DNA of 23,310 bases from Oligoflexales bacterium (lineage in GTDB: Bacteria > Bdellovibrionota_B > Oligoflexia > Oligoflexales > RGVZ01). The stretch lies in NCBI GenBank assembly GCA_044236265.1, contig JBIIGV010000041.1, positions 1 to 23,310 on the forward strand. Reading direction: 5' to 3'. Below, piece by piece: positions 16,844 through 23,310 of the stretch; positions within the stretch are counted from its first letter, which is position 1, and each line of letters starts with the position of its first letter. The position numbers and the translations under genes are program-made. Below the pieces are notes generated by a model. It worked only from the letters and a program-made list of their open reading frames with translations. It was not told where the DNA came from and ran no database searches.

Positions 16844-18121
16844 TCACTGCTTTGTGAAATAGACCGGATCCAATGCCACCGGTCGATGACCAGGACTTAA
16901 TCCGTCAGTTGACGTCCCTGCATCCCCAGTCAGACCCCATTGCAGTCTTGTTCCATCTACCTTGACTACATCGTAATTCGTATTAAAGAAAGGGGAATAG
17001 TTTGCGTCAGATATGCAGTCATCGGCCGTAAAGGACTTCATCACATCAATTACAAATCCGCCTCCGCATGCTGCAGGAGGACCCGACGGTACCAAGCCAT
17101 TCAACTCATTAACCGCGTCAGCGGACCTTGGAATGATATCAAGAGTGGACGGGGTAAACATCAGATCATAGGCACCAGCGACAGTTGATGATCTCGAACC
17201 TAACGTGGCAATGACGACATGCTCAAATTTATAATATACGTCCTGACATAAATTATCCGTGAAATAGCGAGTAATGATTTTCCAGCTTGAACCGGTCACG
17301 ATTATATTTTGCTTGAAGTTCCAACCAGAACTGTCAGTCGTACACGAACCAAGCCAAGTTCCCTGATACAAATTTATGGATGCTACGCTCCCATCTCCAG
17401 GATCTGTCGTGCCACCGCCAGTCGAGCCACCACCGGTCGGATTTTCATCCATCCCTTTGGTGAAAAATGTCTCCTCGAAATCTATAGGTCGCATAGAAAC
17501 AGAAGTACCATCATGGGCTCTATCCATTTTACCAATGAAAAGTTTGTCGCCATCAATTTTAAAAATGGAGTAACTAACAGCAAAATACCTAGCATAAAGA
17601 AGATCAGATGCGCAGTTGGTCTTATTTAACTCTCTTGCTTGATTGACTACAAAACCACCTCCACAAATTGCAGGAATATCAAATGAGCTAATACCGGAGT
17701 TGGCAACCAATACTGCGGAATCAGTCTTGAATGTGAGCATAATTTTAGAGGCTGTGAAGTTGAACGCCGTCGCGCCAGGAGGTGATGTTAATGCATTCTC
17801 GAAAACAACATCGACGCTCGCGATACTCAGTGATCTTTCGTTTAAACAGGAAACATCGGAAAAACCCCTCTCTATCATTTCAGCTTTGTTTCCAGAAAAC
17901 TTATAGGACTTCCTGGAAGATCCCGTGTCGGAAGACTGACAAGGACCAACCCATGCTCCATCTAAAGGAAAGGACGCTGACGCAGCCGCCTTATTGTTCG
18001 ATTTAAATTTTTCCAATGGAAGGTTTCCGCAACCTATCACTAAGAAAGTTGAGGCTATCATTGCCATTAGCAAAAATTGTCTAGTCGCGGATGCGTGCTC
18101 ATAACCAAACGAAACTGACAT
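16844..18121 (-). CDS. lipoprotein with two tandem APCDD1-like beta-barrel domains
   Basis: Lipobox VIG-C. Two ~170-aa repeats (GAWVGPC...FSDVSC...CGGGFVV...C...DG.S...RP...FFTK and GTWLGSC...FTDNLC...CGGGFVI...C...DG.SP.HRP...YFTK) joined by a Gly/Thr/Pro linker. Confidence 0.72.
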   Translation of the reverse strand: MSVSFGYEHASATRQFLLMAMIASTFLVIGCGNLPLEKFKSNNKAAASASFPLDGAWVGPCQSSDTGSSRKSYKFSGNKAEMIERGFSDVSCLNERSLSIASVDVVFENALTSPPGATAFNFTASKIMLTFKTDSAVLVANSGISSFDIPAICGGGFVVNQARELNKTNCASDLLYARYFAVSYSIFKIDGDKLFIGKMDRAHDGTSVSMRPIDFEETFFTKGMDENPTGGGSTGGGTTDPGDGSVASINLYQGTWLGSCTTDSSGWNFKQNIIVTGSSWKIITRYFTDNLCQDVYYKFEHVVIATLGSRSSTVAGAYDLMFTPSTLDIIPRSADAVNELNGLVPSGPPAACGGGFVIDVMKSFTADDCISDANYSPFFNTNYDVVKVDGTRLQWGLTGDAGTSTDGLSPGHRPVALDPVYFTKQ

Positions 18122-18307
18122 TGATCCCCCTTCACCAGTAACGTGGGCATGGGTTCGGTAATCCGTCGGAGTGAATTGAGGGTGATTTTATAATCGCCCG
18201 AAAGGATTGAGGTTTCAGGGGAATTTCAGCAGGGTAACAGGCAACTCGGACGAGCCATGAATTGACGGAAAACAGCGTTATTAAGCGTAGAATTCGTCCG
18301 ACCAAAC

Positions 18308-19360
18308 CTAGGCTTTGAACTGATAGCCCACAGTCCGAGCCCACTGATCAGGCCGCCCCATGGAAAGCAAATAGGGATCTTTATCCTGACGTGCGGAGAA
18401 GTCACTCTTCGAGCGAATAGATTGCCATTGGTTTTTAATCAAGATTTGGCCGATCGAACCGCCTAAGGATGCGCCCGGACCAAGTAACACCAATCGATCC
18501 GGTGCAAATTCTTTCAAAGCCACCGACACCGCGGTCGTAAAATCGTAGGCGGCCGTCACTTGATGCCCCAACGTATAATTAAGAAGCTCGCTAGAGTCCG
18601 TACTGTAAGGTTGCCAGATCTTACCGCGACCATCAATCATCGGGATTTGTGGTGCTCGGAAAAGATTGGATCCAAGGACCTCGAATGCTTTCCGCGATAC
18701 ATCGTCCAAAACAGGTGTATGAAACGCTGCGTGATTGATCAATTTGAAAGGATATCTCTCGTCAACCACGGGCAGAAGCTTCATCAACTTGCGAATTCCG
18801 GCCTCGTCGCCACCCATGACACGGTAGCCGCCCAAGTAAATACTTGAATAGACCCGCCCCTCACCCGACTGATTCACGTCGCTGAGAGCTTTTTCAACAA
18901 GACGTTCTTTTTCTGGATCTTGTACCCAGTTTTCATCGACCACAGGGTAAATCACCTGGCCGCCGACCACACCACCGCGCATCATTGAACCCATGGTATT
19001 AATCAACGTAAACGCCGCATCCTCATCCATTGCCCCCGCAGCAGCAAGTGTCAAATACCAGCCGAGGGAGTTGCCAGTTACCGCAACGATTTCGTAACGC
19101 TCGCGATCAATCGCCATGAAATCCAACATGGCACAGGTATGAATCAAGATGGATGCATTTTCACCGGGTGTGTGGAAATTCACTTGAAACTGCGTTGCAC
19201 CATCCAACTCAGACACGGTGGGTTCATTCAAACGCCGCCTTCGCGCATCCATGCGATCGATAAATCCGCCAAAGTGCTGACGATATTTCGCAAAATAATT
19301 TAGTTCGTCACGAGTGTAACTGCCCCGACCAGGACAGATGGCAACAATACGCTCTTTCAT
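18308..19360 (-). CDS. FabD-like (ACP S-malonyltransferase fold) acyltransferase, atypical
   Basis: CPGRGS (cf. FPGQGS), GNSLG nucleophile elbow, AFHT, LGHQV, LLGPG. Start overlaps the E1 stop (ATGA). Confidence 0.85.
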   Translation of the reverse strand: MKERIVAICPGRGSYTRDELNYFAKYRQHFGGFIDRMDARRRRLNEPTVSELDGATQFQVNFHTPGENASILIHTCAMLDFMAIDRERYEIVAVTGNSLGWYLTLAAAGAMDEDAAFTLINTMGSMMRGGVVGGQVIYPVVDENWVQDPEKERLVEKALSDVNQSGEGRVYSSIYLGGYRVMGGDEAGIRKLMKLLPVVDERYPFKLINHAAFHTPVLDDVSRKAFEVLGSNLFRAPQIPMIDGRGKIWQPYSTDSSELLNYTLGHQVTAAYDFTTAVSVALKEFAPDRLVLLGPGASLGGSIGQILIKNQWQSIRSKSDFSARQDKDPYLLSMGRPDQWARTVGYQFKA

Positions 19361-21606
19361 GACCGACCTCGTGTCATCGGCTTCACCACAGTGCCGCGAG
19401 ACTTTTTCACCAATGAAAGTGCATTCTCAACGATTGACTCACGACTTGGAAGTGTCACGGTGGCTGTAGCTCCCAGCGGAATAAAGCTATCTTCAGCTGC
19501 ATGAACCCGCAGCGCCGGTAACGGCGACAATTTATCTACAAGTAGTGTCACCAGCTGTTCACTCAAAGAGCCAGTTTTGCGGCATTCGTCGACAATCAGG
19601 ACTGACTGACAACCCTCAAGTTCCTTTAGAAGAGCCTCCTCAGGAAGCGGCAACATCCAATGAAGATCAATGACCCTGCAATCGACACCGTGCTCTTCGC
19701 GCAGTATTTGCTCTGCCTGACGAGACAGATAATAGCCATTGCCATACGTAACAATGGCAAGATCTTTTCCGTCACCAAATCGGGAGACCTCACCAAGATT
19801 TATCTCTTCGCCTAAGGCTGGATATTCATATTGCCATCCACCATCACCGTCTTTATGGAGATCTTTGGTCATGTAGAGTGCAATGGGCTCAATAAACACA
19901 ACGACTCGACCATCTTCATGAGCCAAGCGCACGCACTGCCTAAATATCTTCACAGCATCACTGCCATTAGACGGGATCGCGACAACCAACCCAGGAATAT
20001 CGCGGAACACATTGAACGAATTATCGTTGTGAAAATGGCCACCAAAGCCCTTTTGATAAGCCAAGCCAGCAATCCTGATCACCATCGGATTTTGATATTT
20101 CCCGGATGAGAAAAAGGACAGCGTGGCTGCCTCACCACGAATTTGATCCTCAGCATTGTGTACATAAGCGAGGAATTGAATTTCAGGAATCGGAAGAAAT
20201 CCATTGTGCGCCATACCAATGGCATTACCAAGGATGCTTGTCTCGTCGAGATGGGAGTTGAACACGCGTTTTGGTCCAAAGAGATCCAAAAGCCCTGTCG
20301 TCACATTGTAGACCCCGCCCTTCTTGGCAACGTCTTCACCAAACACCAACGTATTGGGATACTGCAGCATCACGTCGGCTAATCCAAGATTGTGTAGCCG
20401 CGCAAAGTGAAACTTCTGACCGGGACGCACACGCTGGCCAAGTTTTGCAAGGCGTGTCGCCTCATCGGGAGTGGGCATTGCAGGACGCAGCCCTTTTGGC
20501 GGAACGATGCTTCTCATAACATCTGCTGCCGTCTCAAGCTTAGGTCTCAGCACAGCCTGTTCACCCACGAAATCCACGCGTTTTCGAATCGACTGATAAA
20601 TCTCAACAATATCTTTACCAGATACAAAGCCGTGCTCGATGGCGATACGTGCCGAGTGCAGCAATGGATCTTGCCTCTCGGTCGCTTGAATTTGGTCAAG
20701 GGAGCGGTAAGTCGTTTCCACATCTGATCCTGCATGGCCCAACAGTCGCACCGTCCGCATATGTAGGAACACCGGCCTGCGGGTACGCCTTGCAAAGTCT
20801 TCAACCTGTTTAGATACGGCGTATGAATCGACAAGGTTTAAGCCATCACACTTCAAGTAACGAATGCCTGGGCGCGTGGAGAAATTCTGCTCCACCCAAC
20901 CATGGGGTGATGGCACGGAGATACCGATACCATTGTCTTCGCAAACGAAGACCAGCGGGACAGGAAGACCCTGAAATGCACACAGTCCCGCCGCATTAAT
21001 GGCGGCCAGCGCAGTCGCATGATTGGAGGACGCGTCACCAAACGAGCAAAGAACGACACCATCATGCGGAATGCTTGCGACAATCCCCATGTCTTTCGCA
21101 CGCCCCACCGATAAAGCAGCCCCGACCGCCTTAGGCAGATGCGAAGCAATCGTCGACGTTTGGGGCGGAATATTCAACTCAACGCTACCAAAAACCTTGT
21201 GCCGCCCCTCAGAAATAGGATCTTCAGCGGAGGCTGAGAGTGATAAAAGCCCGTCGTAGATCGGCGTAGACCCCGGGCGCTGCTTAGAGCGCTGGATAAA
21301 AAACGCACCGCTTCGGTAATGAAGAAATGCCATATCGGTCAGGCGAAACGCGTGACCATGAACCGCATTGCCCTCATGCCCCGAGCTTCCAATTGTATAG
21401 AAGGTCAGATTTCTCGCTCGGAAACGACGTGCCGCCAAGTCAAGATGACGGCTGATCATCTGGGATTCAAAAATATCCATAAACGCTGCTGGTGTTAATC
21501 CAGAGCTGGCAAAATTGACGGGGTTATGGGCTTGAGGAAGGTCACCAGATCCGACCCAATTTACAAAATTCTGGTCAATCACTTCCGCGCGATTTGGATT
21601 TGTCAT
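19357..21606 (-). CDS. fused 2-oxoacid dehydrogenase E1 alpha/beta subunit (ThDP-dependent)
   Basis: alpha: YTIGSSGHE, LHYRS, FGDASSN...VCEDN (ThDP motif), GHAGSD. beta: VFGEDV..GGVY, LDETSILG, EIQFLAY, GGHFH, FIEP, VIDL, LIVDE. No lipoyl domain. Confidence 0.92.
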   Translation of the reverse strand: MTNPNRAEVIDQNFVNWVGSGDLPQAHNPVNFASSGLTPAAFMDIFESQMISRHLDLAARRFRARNLTFYTIGSSGHEGNAVHGHAFRLTDMAFLHYRSGAFFIQRSKQRPGSTPIYDGLLSLSASAEDPISEGRHKVFGSVELNIPPQTSTIASHLPKAVGAALSVGRAKDMGIVASIPHDGVVLCSFGDASSNHATALAAINAAGLCAFQGLPVPLVFVCEDNGIGISVPSPHGWVEQNFSTRPGIRYLKCDGLNLVDSYAVSKQVEDFARRTRRPVFLHMRTVRLLGHAGSDVETTYRSLDQIQATERQDPLLHSARIAIEHGFVSGKDIVEIYQSIRKRVDFVGEQAVLRPKLETAADVMRSIVPPKGLRPAMPTPDEATRLAKLGQRVRPGQKFHFARLHNLGLADVMLQYPNTLVFGEDVAKKGGVYNVTTGLLDLFGPKRVFNSHLDETSILGNAIGMAHNGFLPIPEIQFLAYVHNAEDQIRGEAATLSFFSSGKYQNPMVIRIAGLAYQKGFGGHFHNDNSFNVFRDIPGLVVAIPSNGSDAVKIFRQCVRLAHEDGRVVVFIEPIALYMTKDLHKDGDGGWQYEYPALGEEINLGEVSRFGDGKDLAIVTYGNGYYLSRQAEQILREEHGVDCRVIDLHWMLPLPEEALLKELEGCQSVLIVDECRKTGSLSEQLVTLLVDKLSPLPALRVHAAEDSFIPLGATATVTLPSRESIVENALSLVKKSRGTVVKPMTRGRS

Positions 21607-21772
21607 CGGTATCCATCTCTCTAGAGGATCATTACATCAGGACCCAATCTTTTACTGTAATTCCGGGCCGCTGGCTACTCTCTTTGACACTAAACGACAG
21701 GGGCCTTACTGCGCCTCATCACGCTCGAAAACCCGCACCAGAGTTGGACTTGCCTGACATCATGACGCTACT

Positions 21773-21801
21773 AAAAACCCCCGACAGAACTGCCAGGGGT
21801 T
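21773..21801 (-). terminator. intrinsic terminator of the nuclease gene
   Basis: Minus strand AACCCCTGGCAG-TT-CTGTCGGGGGTTTTT; G-U pairs indicate the minus strand. Confidence 0.8.
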
Positions 21802-21835
21802 ATCAGATTCAAATAAAATTCAGCTCGCTTTACGG

Positions 21836-22741
21836 TTAGTTGTGAGCCATCGGAATCCACTCGGGATCCACGGCGTTCACATTCTTAATAGGCAATTTCT
21901 GTGTTCCAGCCACCGTGAAAGCTACATCCCAGATCTTACCAAGCAAGGCAGAAGCGCGGGCAATCCTTGGAGTTAGGTCCTTCGTTAGCCACTGGTCATC
22001 CGGGGATGAGGCTTCAAACTTGTCGTATACAGCCGCCAAAGCATTGAACGCATCCTCAGCTTCGCCCCAAGACACTCTTTGTAATTCAGTGTTCTCAAGA
22101 TCATTGCCGATCGAGCGCTCAAGTCCACTGCGTCTTTCACCTGCAATCTTCTGCGCCGTGTCAAAAAGGTGGTTGTCATCGATGCGATCCACCAGTGTCG
22201 TTTCATAGTACTTGTGAACGCCTGGCTTATTGATGGATTGTCCATCATAGTCGGTCGTCGCATGCATTGGCTGGGTCATATCGCCCACGTAATGTCCCAT
22301 CACGCCTGCAATCTGAACAGCACGCTTAAAGTCTCCCTTTTTCAGGGCTGCAACCAGCTGCAGATAGAAATCACTGACGCGCCACATGGCGAATCCGTGT
22401 TTGTTAACGAAGTCTTGCCCAAGCTCATCTCGTGCTCGTCCTACCGTCAAATCAGCAAGACTGTCGCCAAGGCGACTCTGTCCGTATCCATCCATCTCAA
22501 ACCAGTGCATTGGTTTTTCCAAGTTGGCATTCGGTCCAGACTTCCACTTGACGTCGGGAGTGTTGGAGAACTTGATGACTTGTTCGCTATTTGCGTCGAG
22601 AAACTTTTTGGCCTGAGGGTTAGCTACCATCGAGATAGCAATGCGGTTGACAGTCGCATGGCCTTTTCCGCCCCAAGCAAAAGCTTTGGGAGTCAGAATT
22701 GCTACAAAAAACAGCACTGAACAGACTGATACTAGTCTCAT
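21836..22741 (-). CDS. secreted S1/P1 nuclease / Zn-dependent phospholipase C superfamily protein
   Basis: Signal peptide AFA|WGGKGH (mature Trp1/His6), PD, HWFEMD, GHYVGDMTQPMH and GVHKYYE provide the trinuclear Zn ligands. SD GGGAG lies 5 nt before ATG 22741. Confidence 0.9.
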   Translation of the reverse strand: MRLVSVCSVLFFVAILTPKAFAWGGKGHATVNRIAISMVANPQAKKFLDANSEQVIKFSNTPDVKWKSGPNANLEKPMHWFEMDGYGQSRLGDSLADLTVGRARDELGQDFVNKHGFAMWRVSDFYLQLVAALKKGDFKRAVQIAGVMGHYVGDMTQPMHATTDYDGQSINKPGVHKYYETTLVDRIDDNHLFDTAQKIAGERRSGLERSIGNDLENTELQRVSWGEAEDAFNALAAVYDKFEASSPDDQWLTKDLTPRIARASALLGKIWDVAFTVAGTQKLPIKNVNAVDPEWIPMAHN

Positions 22742-22748
22742 TACAACT

Positions 22749-22811
22749 CCCATAGTCAAACATTATACGGTGTTTGGTAGAAACGCCGGCCCAATTGCCG
22801 GTTTATATGGG
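22749..22811 (-). ncRNA. purine riboswitch aptamer (guanine-type, C74)
   Basis: Minus strand CCCAUA-UAA-ACCGGC-AAUUGG-GCCGGC-GUUUCUAC-CAAACA-CCGUAUAA-UGUUUG-AC-UAUGGG. It has P1/P2/P3, canonical J1/2, J2/3 and J3/1, and the GG/CC loop-loop pair. Confidence 0.92.
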
Positions 22812-22840
22812 TACACCAATAATTCATTGGCGACGGGGAG

Positions 22841-22869
22841 AGACTATATGTCGTCAGCTGACAAGTCAA
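22841..22869 (-). promoter_or_regulatory. sigma70 promoter for the riboswitch-nuclease transcript
   Basis: Minus strand TTGACT-N17-TAGTCT. Predicted TSS near 22834, about 23 nt before P1. Confidence 0.7.
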
Positions 22870-22903
22870 ACGGATTCTAAGGATTTTAAAGTAAAGATCA
22901 GAT

Positions 22904-22967
22904 AAAGAAAGGGGTTAACGCCCCGGTTTCCTTCAGAAGAAACTAATGCTGAACCCGTAAACGAGGC
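22904..22967 (-). other. candidate structured RNA element (unassigned)
   Basis: GCCUCG/CGGGGC stem enclosing a GUUUCUU/AGGAAAC hairpin, a possible GGGUU/AACCC pseudoknot, and an alternative GGGG/CCCC hairpin followed by UUUCUUU. Confidence 0.3.
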
Positions 22968-23121
22968 AGGCAAAATGAGAAAAATCAGGTACCAGTTGTC
23001 AACCCCCTTTAAAGCACCTACAGTCTCCCTATCCAGCTGTAATTAAAAGACTTTTATCACTGTCCATTTAGACCTAAAGCTAGCGCCCATCCCGCCGATC
23101 ACATAACGGGAGAATGGGGGC

Positions 23122-23310
23122 TTACATGCGGCATTCAGCGGAATTTAAGAGATTATTTCTCGTAGCTTCGATGACACTTTTAGGCACGATCAAGCTTCTG
23201 ACTTCATGCTCCGCCATCACCACAGAAGAAATGCCGAAGCGCATGCTTGGAGACCGGAAACAGTCATCAACCTCCAGCGGAAACTTCTCATATGCTGCCG
23301 ATGTCGTAAA
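23122..23310 (-). CDS. C-terminal fragment of an unknown protein (starts beyond window end)
   Basis: Open frame FTTSAAYEKFPLEVDDCFRSPSMRFGISSVVMAEHEVRSLIVPKSVIEATRNNLLNSAECRM* ending in TAA at 23122-23124. Confidence 0.55.
   Translation of the reverse strand, partial: FTTSAAYEKFPLEVDDCFRSPSMRFGISSVVMAEHEVRSLIVPKSVIEATRNNLLNSAECRM

Noticed and set aside
18246..18301. 8-bp inverted repeat TCGGACGA/TCGTCCGA in the intergenic region
   Set aside because: 40-nt unpaired interior, no U-tract and no riboswitch motif recognised; it may be chance.
18308..19360. Calling the gene fabD or part of a PKS cluster
   Set aside because: The malonyl-binding Arg is absent and no ACP or ketosynthase gene is nearby.
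22169..22720. 183-aa + strand ORF, and the other short ORFs nested in or antisense to called genes
   Set aside because: They overlap well-supported genes and show no recognisable motifs.
22742..22759. ORF-track start (TTG 22759) for the nuclease
   Set aside because: It lies inside riboswitch P3/P1. The SD position and signal peptide favour ATG 22741.
22908..23010. Long-range inverted repeat AAAGGGGTTAAC / GTCAACCCCCTTT as SRP or 6S RNA
   Set aside because: There is no SRP domain IV motif, it is too short for 6S, and the interior does not form a continuous rod.

Overview
Bacterial chromosomal region with about 22 CDSs, two of them truncated at the window ends. The lipoprotein style, the fliD type and the mix of sigma54 and sigma28 promoters suggest Bdellovibrionota/Oligoflexia, but this is inference only. 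Metabolic and housekeeping genes: pdxH, a nitroreductase, an NYN-LOTUS protein, a muconic-semialdehyde-type ALDH, a cyclase-family hydrolase, and a fused 2-oxoacid dehydrogenase E1 alpha/beta coupled to an atypical FabD-like acyltransferase. Signalling genes: a CHASE2 protein, a globin-coupled histidine kinase and a REC-HK. There is also an orphan fliD and many secreted proteins or lipoproteins. Highlights: (1) a purine (guanine-type, C74) riboswitch at 22749-22811 (-) whose P1 stem covers the Shine-Dalgarno of a secreted S1/P1-nuclease-family gene, with non-canonical loops and a second candidate structured RNA upstream; (2) a sigma28-driven lipoprotein resembling the non-catalytic N-terminal domain of anthrax lethal factor, fused to a cationic glycine-rich tail; (3) a lipoprotein with two tandem APCDD1-like domains; (4) an E1-fusion plus acyltransferase pair with no E2 nearby; (5) an oomycete-type transglutaminase-elicitor lipoprotein. 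I saw no tRNA, rRNA, CRISPR array or mobile element. All family calls come from recognising motifs by eye, not from database searches.
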